Source: a phage
Length of the DNA: 64,000 nucleotides
Strand: one strand, 5' to 3'
Sequence record: PQ826431.1
Shown: one piece after another, positions 30,678 through 40,412 of the stretch
Numbering within the stretch: position 1 is the stretch's first letter
Layout: each line of letters begins with the position of its first letter
The notes under the pieces: model-generated
What the model was told of the DNA's origin: nothing
Database searches by the model: none
What the model saw: the letters and a program-made list of their open reading frames with translations, nothing else
Position numbers and translations under genes: made by a program

Positions 30678-33600
30678 ATGGCAACATTCCCAACATATCC
30701 AGCAACGTCTCTCGAACAGGGCGTAGACCTGGTTATTTTCTCATCTAACCAACTCCATGATGTTATTAATGGAAGTGCTACAGAGAGTATTGAAACAGAA
30801 TCAGGGTTGATACCAACCCTGAGAAAAGCCCTTGTTGACAACTTTTTCTTTAAAAGCCCATTGGATTGGGCGCAAGGCACAAACGAAACAGTTTTTAACC
30901 AACTTCGTTATTTCCAGAATGGAGTATTGAGCGGTTATTACTATGCCCCTAACGCTACATTGGTTAACCCAATCCCTATGCAAGGGACTCCAGTAGGAGA
31001 TAACAACTGGGTATTGTGGGGACTGAAGACAGAACAATTGGCAACAGAAGTCACCCCTTGGGTATATTCTGGTGCAACTGGTTATGAAACAGTAATTAGT
31101 CCTCCTTACATCTTTGATAGTGCTATTGTTACGATCAATGGTGTTATTCAGGTTCTGGGGGAAGCTTTCCGTATAGAAGATAGTAAGATCATCTTATCTG
31201 AACCTTTGGGACACGATCCTGCAACAGGACTGCCAAACAAACTTTTTGCTTATATTGGCAAAATCGTAGCTTCAGCAGATACAGATCCTAATCTAGAGAA
31301 CCGTCTTGTTAGTTTAGAAACAAAAACGGAAGAACTAACAGAAAGCATGGATAAAGTCCCTCTGCAAACTATTGCTCGTAAGTATGGTTTGTTAGATGAT
31401 GAGGTGGCTTACGCAACAGCAGGTCAATCGTTAACAGGGATTAAAGCTCTGTATGATCCGGTAGCGCAGTCTTCCTACACATTACCTCCTAACATTACAG
31501 GCACTTTAACATCCTTGTCTGTTTCTGGAGTAATGACTTATTCTGGAGGATCTGTAGACCTTTCTGCACTGGCTGTTGAGCGTGGACAGTTTGTTCATTT
31601 GCCTACAAGCTTTGGTAATAATGTAACTCTGACAGCTAAAAATCAGACGATTGGACGTGGCGCTGGTCGTTATCGTTGGGCTGGAAGTTTACCAAAAAGT
31701 ATTTTGGCTTCCGATACCTTGGAGACGAGCGGAGGATTAGGTCCAAATGCATGGGTTCTGACTAATACAGAAGGACTGTTAACCCCTCGTGGTGGAACAT
31801 ACAACGATTTATTCGATGTTGTCTACTTGTCCGAATTTGCTAACAATATAACTACCTATACCACACCAGAAGCAGCTTTCCAAGCGGCACTGTTAGCAGC
31901 AAAAGCTTCGAAAAGCAAGATTCTCGATGCTTACGGTTGCGATATGACTTTCACGACAAGCTCTTTTGATATTCAAGGTATCACTTTGCGTGGGGGTGTG
32001 TTCCGTGGTCAACGCGACTATCGTGTGCAAAATGCTACAGTAGAAGGCACAACTTTCCGTAACTCTCGTGTTATGTATTGGGGTGGTGCTGTGCGCATGT
32101 TTGATTGTTTGTGGGACGGTGCTCCTCGCGCAGGTCAAGTTGGTAGCTTGGTATTCCAAGGCAACCCAATATCAGGTACTTTTGAAATTGATAACTGTAC
32201 TTTTAAAAACGGGTTGTATGGCATCCTTCAACAAGGAACAGGGGAACCAGTAACACGTGGTGTCTTCCGTAACCTTACCTTCATGGACATGCAAGGTGAT
32301 GCAATAGAACTGAACGTCATCAATAAACATTATGACGATGGTTGTGTGATTGAGAATATTTACCTGTCTAATATCGATGGGACTAACGCTCCTATTCCTC
32401 TGTCCAACTGGGGTATCGGTATCGGTGTAGCTGGTAAAGGACCATATGGTTACGGAATCCCTGATGATCAATATTGCAAGAATATTACAATTCGTAACGT
32501 TTTTGCAAAACGTTGTCGTCAGATTGTCCACGTAGAAGTTGGTCGTAATATCTCTATCGAAAACATTCATGGCGATCCAGATCAGACTGTATCTGTTGGG
32601 ACAGGTTTGGCAACTGGCGCAGTTGTAATGTACGGAAGTAAAGATTTTACGATTGACGGTGTTTACGGAGAGCCTAAAACAGACGGTAGCACACTTGCAA
32701 GTAATATCCGTATGATTTATTTGGAGTGGGGAACTAACGCAGTTCTGGACGAAGAGGGTAATCCGGTAGTTCCGGCACAGGGTAGACCTTCAAACCCATG
32801 CTTTAACTATTCTGTTCGTAATATTCACACCAAAACTGGGCGTGTTTTTGCAGGAGTTTCCGCTGGGCCAGGTTATGAAAACAGAGTTAGCTTTGAAAAT
32901 ATTCGTTGCGCTGCATTGCAGTTGTTCGGTATAGCTTCTTGGCTTTCAATGTCTAACATCACCTGTAATATCTTCGATTGTGTTGGTCAACCTGAATCTG
33001 GTCCAGGGACATTTTATGATGGATTCTTCCGTAGAGAAAAATCTGTTCTTGAAATGGTTAACGTAAACTGTTACCCAGATGGCAAGACGATGGTTACTGG
33101 TCGTCCACAGTGGAGCCGTTGCCGTTACTCGGATATTCATCGTGTCAACTGTAATGTTGAAGCTAATATGTATACCAATATCGCAGGTGGTATTGGAGCT
33201 ATTGTAGGAACAACTGGCAAAGTTTATTACTTAGAGCCTAATCCTAGTCGAAACATTGATGGAATGCATTTCCCAACAGGGAAAGAGTTTGACAAAGGTG
33301 ATATGATAGTCAAGGCGGATAATACGTTCTTCCTTGTAACAACAAGTGGGGCATATATTCCAGATATCCCAGCTTTCGGTATTCGAGCTACACAGGCAGG
33401 AGATACCTTCCTGACACAGAACTTGACTCCTAACGGGACAGCAACAAATGCTTCTTGGTTGTATCATTACCCTCTGTCAGCAGGGACACGTATCCGTATT
33501 CCTGGTGCTGGCGTAGGTGGAGCAGATTTGGACACAGTTATTACTCGTGCACCTTATCAAGATAATGATACGTGGACTAACCCAGTTAAAATAGACATTG

Positions 33601-33731
33601 CAGATCCAATTGTAACGCCTACAAGTGCTGGAGTTAGAATTAAAACCATACCTAATGATTCCAGTAATGTTTCTGTAGGTAATACTGCGGTTATTCGCCC
33701 AACGCCAGTAGTAGATGTGCCAACAACCTAA
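30678..33731 (+). CDS. putative tailspike/depolymerase (parallel beta-helix)
   Basis: 1017 aa; repeated N-I-x-I/V rungs typical of right-handed beta-helix. Confidence 0.45.
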   Translation: MATFPTYPATSLEQGVDLVIFSSNQLHDVINGSATESIETESGLIPTLRKALVDNFFFKSPLDWAQGTNETVFNQLRYFQNGVLSGYYYAPNATLVNPIPMQGTPVGDNNWVLWGLKTEQLATEVTPWVYSGATGYETVISPPYIFDSAIVTINGVIQVLGEAFRIEDSKIILSEPLGHDPATGLPNKLFAYIGKIVASADTDPNLENRLVSLETKTEELTESMDKVPLQTIARKYGLLDDEVAYATAGQSLTGIKALYDPVAQSSYTLPPNITGTLTSLSVSGVMTYSGGSVDLSALAVERGQFVHLPTSFGNNVTLTAKNQTIGRGAGRYRWAGSLPKSILASDTLETSGGLGPNAWVLTNTEGLLTPRGGTYNDLFDVVYLSEFANNITTYTTPEAAFQAALLAAKASKSKILDAYGCDMTFTTSSFDIQGITLRGGVFRGQRDYRVQNATVEGTTFRNSRVMYWGGAVRMFDCLWDGAPRAGQVGSLVFQGNPISGTFEIDNCTFKNGLYGILQQGTGEPVTRGVFRNLTFMDMQGDAIELNVINKHYDDGCVIENIYLSNIDGTNAPIPLSNWGIGIGVAGKGPYGYGIPDDQYCKNITIRNVFAKRCRQIVHVEVGRNISIENIHGDPDQTVSVGTGLATGAVVMYGSKDFTIDGVYGEPKTDGSTLASNIRMIYLEWGTNAVLDEEGNPVVPAQGRPSNPCFNYSVRNIHTKTGRVFAGVSAGPGYENRVSFENIRCAALQLFGIASWLSMSNITCNIFDCVGQPESGPGTFYDGFFRREKSVLEMVNVNCYPDGKTMVTGRPQWSRCRYSDIHRVNCNVEANMYTNIAGGIGAIVGTTGKVYYLEPNPSRNIDGMHFPTGKEFDKGDMIVKADNTFFLVTTSGAYIPDIPAFGIRATQAGDTFLTQNLTPNGTATNASWLYHYPLSAGTRIRIPGAGVGGADLDTVITRAPYQDNDTWTNPVKIDIADPIVTPTSAGVRIKTIPNDSSNVSVGNTAVIRPTPVVDVPTT

Positions 33732-33792
33732 TGGAATAGAGGGGGATTTCCCCTCTTCTTCCAATAGAATGGTCTAATGATAGGAGAGATAA

Positions 33793-35817
33793 ATGAATTT
33801 AACAAGACCTAATAGTGCGATAGCCGATCTGGTAGAAGCTACTTATCGAAAACGTCGCAGCTTTGAGGCAGGTTTTACATTACGTAATTCCCGTGAAGTT
33901 TTGCTGTTAGCAGCAGAAGGGAATTATTACCAATGGAAAGGAACTTTTCCTAAAGTAGTTCCAGCAAACTCTACACCAGCCACCACAGGTGGTATTTCTT
34001 CCCTTGCATGGCAAAGTGTTGGGACCGCTGATGATATAGCAATTATCAATGCCAAGTTTACGGCAATGCAGCAACAGATTGATGATCTGTCGGAAACAAT
34101 ACCTGAAGCTGGTAAATCGGCTTATCAGATCGCACTTGATAATGGTTTTGTTGGAACAGAAGCACAATGGCTTGCTTCTTTGAAAGGGGATACTGGTGCT
34201 CAACTTAATATTAAAGGATCATTAGCAAGCACTAGTGAACTACCATCCACAGGTAACGTTGCAGGGGATGGTTATATCGTAGGTGATGTAATCTACGCTT
34301 GGGATGGTTCTGTTTGGAAACTTATTTCTTCTCTTGGGCCAGAAGGTAAATCAGCTTACGAGGTATGGTTGGCAGATGGTAATACAGGATCTGTTTATGA
34401 TTTTCTTACCTCTATAAAAGGTGATAAAGGCGATGTTGGTCCTACAGGGCCACAGGGAGCACCTGGTGTTAACGCCAACGGTTTTGATTATCGTGGGGAT
34501 TTGCCTTCTACAAGTAACTTACCACAACCAAACTCTGAAAACGTAAGTCAAGCTTATTCTATCAATGGTAATCTTTATGTCTCTAATGGGACAGCTTGGG
34601 TCAACATGGGTAATATTGTTGGTCCTCAAGGTCCACAAGGTGAGGCAGGTAAAGACGGTCTTGATGGAACAGATGGAGATGAAGGGAAATCTGCATATCA
34701 AAGTTGGCTGGATGCTGGTAATGAAGGGACAGAAGTAGATTTTATTGCCTCACTTAAAGGTCCAAAAGGAGACAAGGGTGATCAAGGAGAGCGAGGTCCA
34801 CAAGGTGAACTAGGTCCACAAGGACCAGTGGGTGCAACAGGATCAGGCTTAGAGATTATCGGGGTTCTGAACAGTGAAGCTGAACTTCCTCCTACTGGAG
34901 AAGTAGGTGATGCATATAAAATTAATAATGATTTGTATGTTTGGATTCAAGATGCTACGGAATGGATGAATGTTGGCAGTCTTGGAGGAACATCAATTAC
35001 AGCTAAAGGTCATGTTCCGAACAGTGAAGCTCTCCCTGTTTATAATAACTATGGTGATGCCTACTTAACTGAAGACACTAGTAATCTTTACATCTATACC
35101 TACGATCAAGACACCAATTCCGCATCTTTTGTTGACATGGGAAGTATTAAAGGCGACAAAGGTGAAAAAGGGGATAAAGGAGATAAGGGTGATCCTGGAA
35201 CAAACGGAACCAACGGTACTAATGGGACCAACGGTAAAGACGGCGCACAGTGGTTTGTAGCAACAACTAATCCAGTCGCAGGTGATGGTGTTATCAATGA
35301 TTACGCTTTCAACACTACCACTGGAGCAGTGTTTAAGAAAACAGATTCTTCTACGTGGACACTTATAGGAACTCTTCCTAGTATACCAGAAGCACCTCAA
35401 GACGGCTTGACGTATGGTCGTTCTGATGGGAACTGGATCGAAATATCAGGATCAGATCCTACAGAAGCTATAACACCAACTAAAGTTACAGCAGGTTTCA
35501 TGGAACTTGAAACAACTACTGCCAACTCTGGAGCATCTTGGACTCCTTCTGGAACTTCCAATATGTATGTTGTTACAGTAACTGACGCTCTGACAGTTGG
35601 AGCATGGCCTGGTGTCACTGGCTCTACAAAGCCTAAAGCGTTTTCAGCAATGATTTATTTGATTCAAGATACAACGGGACACACGGTTACACTAGATGCG
35701 TCTTATGGAGCACTGAATGATACAGAAATAGCAACTACTGCTAACGCAGTAACAATTTTGCAATTAACGTATCCTGGTGTGGGTAATGTCGTGGACATGG
35801 TTGTTGTAACACGATAA
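33793..35817 (+). CDS. collagen-like tail fibre protein
   Basis: Several Gly-X-Y triplet runs (GDKGDVGPTGPQGAPG; GPQGPQGEAGKDG; GPKGDKGDQGERGPQGELGPQGPVG; GDKGEKGDKGDKGDPGTNGTNGTNGTNGKDG) alternating with a repeated GKSAYxxWLxxGN module. Confidence 0.6.
   Translation: MNLTRPNSAIADLVEATYRKRRSFEAGFTLRNSREVLLLAAEGNYYQWKGTFPKVVPANSTPATTGGISSLAWQSVGTADDIAIINAKFTAMQQQIDDLSETIPEAGKSAYQIALDNGFVGTEAQWLASLKGDTGAQLNIKGSLASTSELPSTGNVAGDGYIVGDVIYAWDGSVWKLISSLGPEGKSAYEVWLADGNTGSVYDFLTSIKGDKGDVGPTGPQGAPGVNANGFDYRGDLPSTSNLPQPNSENVSQAYSINGNLYVSNGTAWVNMGNIVGPQGPQGEAGKDGLDGTDGDEGKSAYQSWLDAGNEGTEVDFIASLKGPKGDKGDQGERGPQGELGPQGPVGATGSGLEIIGVLNSEAELPPTGEVGDAYKINNDLYVWIQDATEWMNVGSLGGTSITAKGHVPNSEALPVYNNYGDAYLTEDTSNLYIYTYDQDTNSASFVDMGSIKGDKGEKGDKGDKGDPGTNGTNGTNGTNGKDGAQWFVATTNPVAGDGVINDYAFNTTTGAVFKKTDSSTWTLIGTLPSIPEAPQDGLTYGRSDGNWIEISGSDPTEAITPTKVTAGFMELETTTANSGASWTPSGTSNMYVVTVTDALTVGAWPGVTGSTKPKAFSAMIYLIQDTTGHTVTLDASYGALNDTEIATTANAVTILQLTYPGVGNVVDMVVVTR
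34420..35240 (+). repeat. collagen-like Gly-X-Y triplet repeat blocks and three-fold internal module repeat
   Basis: Seen directly in translation and DNA (ggt-nnn-nnn periodicity). Confidence 0.6.
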
Positions 35818-35821
35818 CAGA

Positions 35822-35845
35822 AGCCCCGAAAGGGGCTTTCTTTTT
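35822..35845 (+). terminator. rho-independent terminator
   Basis: AGCCCC-GAAA-GGGGCT hairpin then TTTCTTTTTAT. Confidence 0.6.
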
Positions 35846-35858
35846 ATGGAGGGTTTAA

Positions 35859-38531
35859 ATGTTTCCAATTCCAATATTTACTATTATGACCAGCACTGGT
35901 GTCGTTCCTCTGCCAGCGGGTATTGTTAAAAAAGTAATCACTTTAGATTACCCATATAATGCTGGTAATTCTAACAGCAGTTTAGCAATTTTGCTTAATG
36001 ATGGTAGATTGTTTACTCAAGGCGCAAACCTTTTTGGTGAGATTGCAGATGGAACTCGTAGTGCACGATTCAATAATTTCCACTTAGCTTCTACTGTAGT
36101 AGCGGATGTGTTTACCGCAGATCGTTGTTTTGTTATTAAAACTAACAGTGGGGGATGGCAATATTCAGGATTGACAGCAGGGTTGGTAGGATCTATAGCA
36201 GCAGGTGGTACGGATGCATGTGTAACTACTTGGACCAGCTTTCCATCTGTAATAACAGGGACTATCTCTTTAGCCAATCTTAAAGAGGTTAAGGGAGGAT
36301 ATAACAACACTCTCTGGTTAATGAATAGTGGTGTTCTTTATGGATCAGGTCAAAACACAGTAGGTAGTTTAGGTGCAAGTACTACTAACGAAGTTTCTAC
36401 TCCTCGTCAGATAACAAGTGCAGCAGTTGCTTTTGATGCAGGTTACAACCAATGCTCTTATGTCAACAATGTGGGAACCTTGCGTGTTTGTGGAGCTAGT
36501 AAAGGTTTAGCAGGTAATAATAACACAACAACAGCTTTTGTCAATGCCAAGATATCCGCTACTGAAACAGTGTATGTCAAAGATTACATCAATACAGTTT
36601 CCCAGACAATAGTTGTAGGAGATACCTCCGGTGGCACGGGTGCAGTAAACTACTTATATGTTAGATCTAATACAGAAACAACCTACACTAAACTGGATAC
36701 CTTTGCAGCAGGTTTCTCAACATGGAAATTTCCACCAAGCCGCCACTCTTTTTTCGTTGGGATCAATAATTCCTTGTGGGCTATTGGTAAGAACTACACT
36801 GCAAACTTAGGTTTGGGGTATGATTCTGCGAGCGGAGATCCACTTCAAGTGGGAAAACCAGTTAAACCTGAAGGAGTGGGTTCCTGGGATATAAACAAGC
36901 TCACAAGCGTTCATACGCTGAATATGGATGTTACTAACCAATTAGGTTATCAAGGAACCTTTTTCGTTTATAATGGAGATATGTATTATTCCGGTATTTG
37001 GAAAGATGGGAAAGCCTCGTATCTGTTCAATAGTGGTCTAAACTATAATAAATTCACACCAATAGCAAGCTCTGTGATTACAGGGGATGTGCTGGCAACT
37101 AGCTTAACTACAGATTCTTTAGGAGTTTGTATTGTAGGTGGAACTAAACAGTTGACACATTCTGTTAGCCCAGAAGGAGGTAAACTTTTCAATATTAAAT
37201 ACACTTCTTCTGCCCCTGCAAACATGACAATATCATCTACTGGTTTAATGACTTTCCATGCAGAAGGTGGTTTTGATGCAGGTATGACAGCCTTAAACGC
37301 TGAAGGAACAACTTTATCAGATACCTCTGGAGGATATGCTTCAACATTGAGTGTTTACACCCCTAGCTTATCTGCGATGGATGTAGGAACAACACAAACA
37401 ATGGTAGCAGAAATAACGCCAACAGGGGCAGCAAGCTTACCTGGCATGGTTGTTGAATATACAACTACAGATCCTAGTGTTGCTACAGTAGATCCTACAA
37501 CTGGTGTAATAACTGGTGTTGGTGATGGTGGTTGTAGGATTGGTTGCACAGCTACGTATCAAGGTGTTGTTACCGCTTCCGATAGTTCTTATTTAACGGT
37601 GAATGCTGTTGCGGGAAAGGAGTTAGCTCCATCTCCGAGTAGTAGTTTAACGGTTCTAAACGGATATTTCAACCACTCGGCAGATGGGGCAATTACGTTC
37701 CCAATTTTATCGGGTACTGTCACACCAGCTAACTTTGTAGTTAAGGTGGATGACGTTGTAATACCTTCAAATAAAGTAATATTTAGAAATAAAGCTTTCT
37801 CTACAGTGGATAGTTATCCAGCAGGAGAATATAGACTGGCTATTGAATTTGCAAGTGCTTCAGTAGTGAATAGTGTTGATGTGTCTATGGAAGCAAATCC
37901 AGATCTTTTAGAATTATGGGGCGGCAACAGAATTGGTTATTCTACAAGCCCAGCCTCACAATTCTTAAAAGGTTGTGCTAACTTAAGACGAATAACTTCT
38001 GATTGTTTTAGTAACACATCTTACACCGGAACATCTATAAGTGGTATCTTCTCTGGCTGCACAAGTTTGACAGCTATCCCTGAAGGATTATTCAGTGATG
38101 CTTTATTTCCTTCAATGACAACAATGTCAAGCACGTTTGAAGGTTGTACATCTTTAACATCTATTCCTTCAGATTTATTTAAGAATCTATCAAAAGTTAC
38201 AAGATATTCTTACACTTTTAAAGATTGCACCTCTCTTGCAGAAGTTCCAGCAGGAATGTTTGATAATATTCCAACGAAAGTGACCTCTTTAACAGCTACA
38301 TTCCAAGGTTGTTTAGCACTTACAGATTTTAATAAAATCTTTAATGACAACCCAGGGTTAACTGTTTGTGGTAAACGTGGAGCATTATCTTCTTTCTTTA
38401 GTGGATGCACAAATCTTACAGGAACAGGAACAACATTAACAAATACATTAGGTGGAGTAGCTAATAGTTACCTATTCAGGTATTGCACAAAACTTTCTGA
38501 TTATAACAATATTCCTTCGGGTTATAAATAA
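35859..38531 (+). CDS. virion-associated protein with Big_2-like Ig domain and BspA-type leucine-rich repeats
   Basis: Big_2-like segment about 37360-37600 (TPTGAASLPGMVVEYTTTDPSVATVDPTTGVITGVGDGG); C-terminal repeats about 37960-38500 (FSGCTSLTAIPEGLF / FEGCTSLTSIPSDLF / FKDCTSLAEVPAGMF / FQGCLALTDF / FSGCTNLTG). Confidence 0.5.
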   Translation: MFPIPIFTIMTSTGVVPLPAGIVKKVITLDYPYNAGNSNSSLAILLNDGRLFTQGANLFGEIADGTRSARFNNFHLASTVVADVFTADRCFVIKTNSGGWQYSGLTAGLVGSIAAGGTDACVTTWTSFPSVITGTISLANLKEVKGGYNNTLWLMNSGVLYGSGQNTVGSLGASTTNEVSTPRQITSAAVAFDAGYNQCSYVNNVGTLRVCGASKGLAGNNNTTTAFVNAKISATETVYVKDYINTVSQTIVVGDTSGGTGAVNYLYVRSNTETTYTKLDTFAAGFSTWKFPPSRHSFFVGINNSLWAIGKNYTANLGLGYDSASGDPLQVGKPVKPEGVGSWDINKLTSVHTLNMDVTNQLGYQGTFFVYNGDMYYSGIWKDGKASYLFNSGLNYNKFTPIASSVITGDVLATSLTTDSLGVCIVGGTKQLTHSVSPEGGKLFNIKYTSSAPANMTISSTGLMTFHAEGGFDAGMTALNAEGTTLSDTSGGYASTLSVYTPSLSAMDVGTTQTMVAEITPTGAASLPGMVVEYTTTDPSVATVDPTTGVITGVGDGGCRIGCTATYQGVVTASDSSYLTVNAVAGKELAPSPSSSLTVLNGYFNHSADGAITFPILSGTVTPANFVVKVDDVVIPSNKVIFRNKAFSTVDSYPAGEYRLAIEFASASVVNSVDVSMEANPDLLELWGGNRIGYSTSPASQFLKGCANLRRITSDCFSNTSYTGTSISGIFSGCTSLTAIPEGLFSDALFPSMTTMSSTFEGCTSLTSIPSDLFKNLSKVTRYSYTFKDCTSLAEVPAGMFDNIPTKVTSLTATFQGCLALTDFNKIFNDNPGLTVCGKRGALSSFFSGCTNLTGTGTTLTNTLGGVANSYLFRYCTKLSDYNNIPSGYK

Positions 38532-38536
38532 GAAAA

Positions 38537-38560
38537 GGAGCCATTTGGCTCCTTTTCTTT
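38537..38560. terminator. bidirectional rho-independent terminator between convergent arms
   Basis: AAAA-GGAGCC-ATTT-GGCTCC-TTTTCTTTT; perfect hairpin flanked by A-tract and T-tract. Confidence 0.65.
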
Positions 38561-39087
38561 TATTCAGCGTTCAACCCTTCCCCATGTTCTTGATGCCAAG
38601 CTTCATGGTGCAGAGGACACAGCCATAGAACATCTAACGGTTTATCATAATCACAATGATGAGCATGAACATCAACAGACCCACACACTTGGCAAGGCTG
38701 TTTTACTAACTTTCCATCTCGGAGTGCGTTACCTACAGCTATATGAGCAGAACGTTTTTTCGGATTCTTTTCGATGTAACGTTTCTTAGCTTCATTAGCC
38801 TTATCTTTACCTTTCCCTTTTGCGTAAGCCTCTTTCAAAGCTTTGCGCTCTGGGGTCTGATCTCTGCTTTTATCATACTCTTTGTAATATTCAGATTTAT
38901 CTTTACGATTCTGTTTAACATCTTTCTTATTACATTCCTTGCATTTATTGACGTGACCGTCAGCCATAGCTTTATGTTTGTAAAATTCAGTGAGGGGCTT
39001 TAACACCCCACACTTGAAACAAACCTTAGAAGCAATGCAGGAAGTTTCGACCATATTGCAGTCCAATAGGGGCAAATGGAATATCAT
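38560..39087 (-). CDS. HNH endonuclease
   Basis: N-terminal Cys4 ribbon (CFKCG...CKEC), C-terminal HNH-type motif VHAHHCDY...LWLCPLHHEAWH; ORF track extends to 39252 but real start is probably an internal Met (39087 or 39054). Confidence 0.6.
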   Translation of the reverse strand: MIFHLPLLDCNMVETSCIASKVCFKCGVLKPLTEFYKHKAMADGHVNKCKECNKKDVKQNRKDKSEYYKEYDKSRDQTPERKALKEAYAKGKGKDKANEAKKRYIEKNPKKRSAHIAVGNALRDGKLVKQPCQVCGSVDVHAHHCDYDKPLDVLWLCPLHHEAWHQEHGEGLNAE

Positions 39088-39958
39088 CGTCGAAGTCCAT
39101 TGGAGGTTCTTCTTGATTACTTGGAGTTGGTTCTGGTTGTGGTTCAGGTTTCTTAACTTCTTTCTTCTCTTCTTTCTTAGGCTGTTCTGCGGAACCACGA
39201 ATGGCAGCAGCAACTTTATCAGACAGAGCCAGAACTTTACGAGCAGAATCAATCAGATCTTCTACAGAGACAGTCTTAATGGTATGGTCTTTACAAGCAT
39301 TGAGAATAGCGTGACCAACAGATGCCCCAAGATCATAATCATTAATATCAACGCCACGAGATTCAGCAATTTCAGATTTCAGCGTGACAGTTGCAGATTG
39401 AACAACCCCAGCGATATCGAAAGCATCGCCTTTAACACCATTACGAATCAGTTCCAGTGCACCATTTACTGCGTGACCAGTTTCCAGACCTACAGTATCA
39501 CGTTTTTTATAGGATTGCTTAGGAGCAGCATCGTTGGAACCTTTATTGCCAGAAGATTTGTTAGACTTCTGAACACCATCGGTAGACAATACTGTAATAC
39601 GAGATTTTTTAGTATTGTAGTAAGTTTTACCGCCTTTATTATCAACGCGATCAATATCAATACTTACTTCTACACCTTTTTCAATAGTGATCCAATTATC
39701 ACCTTCTTTGACTTGCAGGTTTTCATAACCTTCTTTCAGTTCAATGTCACCAAGAGAAATCCAAACACCTTTCTCATCTGGTTTAGCACCTTTCTCTTTC
39801 AGAACAAGAGAGGCTCGGTGAGTTGAAACAATCGTTTTTCCTTCCCAATGAAAAGTTTTAGGTTCAGCGAATTTATCCAGTTTAACGTAGTCTACGATAC
39901 CAGTTGCATAAGTTACGGTTTTGCCTTTACGATCAGTTTCAGTATTAATTACGGACAT
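39026..39958 (-). CDS. ssb: single-stranded DNA-binding protein
   Basis: Pro/Glu-rich linker followed by PPMDFDDDIPF (E. coli SSB acidic tip), then a 15 aa extension. Confidence 0.55.
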   Translation of the reverse strand: MSVINTETDRKGKTVTYATGIVDYVKLDKFAEPKTFHWEGKTIVSTHRASLVLKEKGAKPDEKGVWISLGDIELKEGYENLQVKEGDNWITIEKGVEVSIDIDRVDNKGGKTYYNTKKSRITVLSTDGVQKSNKSSGNKGSNDAAPKQSYKKRDTVGLETGHAVNGALELIRNGVKGDAFDIAGVVQSATVTLKSEIAESRGVDINDYDLGASVGHAILNACKDHTIKTVSVEDLIDSARKVLALSDKVAAAIRGSAEQPKKEEKKEVKKPEPQPEPTPSNQEEPPMDFDDDIPFAPIGLQYGRNFLHCF

Positions 39959-39974
39959 TATTATCTCCTCTACA

Positions 39975-40367
39975 TTACATTAATTTTGCACAGAAAGAAC
40001 GGAGTCTTTCCATATCATCTTGCTCTAACAGGTATTTACCTTTACCTATTCCAACTCCAATTTCACCATTAGGAAAATGAACTATTTGCACTGGGAAACC
40101 TCCGAGTTTAATTGTGGCAGCTTTGCCTTCTTCGTCTATAACGTTTCGGATTGTATCTTGCAGTGAAATGAATTCTTTGTTTGTAACAGTGGTTTCAATT
40201 ATTTCAGATTTTTCAACACGAGCAGTTAGCTTCTTGTTTCCACCTTGAATAACCAAAATTTGAAAATAAAAAGAGTTGTCAAGACCTACAACATTTTTCT
40301 CAACTAGTGTCAAACTGGTATAGTTTCCATAAACAGTTTCAACAGCTATCTTAGAACGTTCAGTCAT
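39975..40367 (-). CDS. hypothetical protein
   Basis: 130 aa ORF. Confidence 0.3.
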   Translation of the reverse strand: MTERSKIAVETVYGNYTSLTLVEKNVVGLDNSFYFQILVIQGGNKKLTARVEKSEIIETTVTNKEFISLQDTIRNVIDEEGKAATIKLGGFPVQIVHFPNGEIGVGIGKGKYLLEQDDMERLRSFCAKLM

Positions 40368-40412
40368 TGAATGCTATCCTATCATAAAATGTTTAATATT
40401 GTCAAGCTTTAA

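Noticed and set aside
35106-35297. Pro/Leu-rich - strand ORF (PLVPLVPLVP...)
   Set aside because: Reverse-complement reading of the collagen-like Gly-X-Y repeats; periodic artefact.
38990-39826. 278 aa + strand ORF opposite the SSB and HNH genes
   Set aside because: Lies beyond the bidirectional terminator on the wrong strand; Phe-rich low-complexity product; SSB on the - strand has a diagnostic C-terminal tip.
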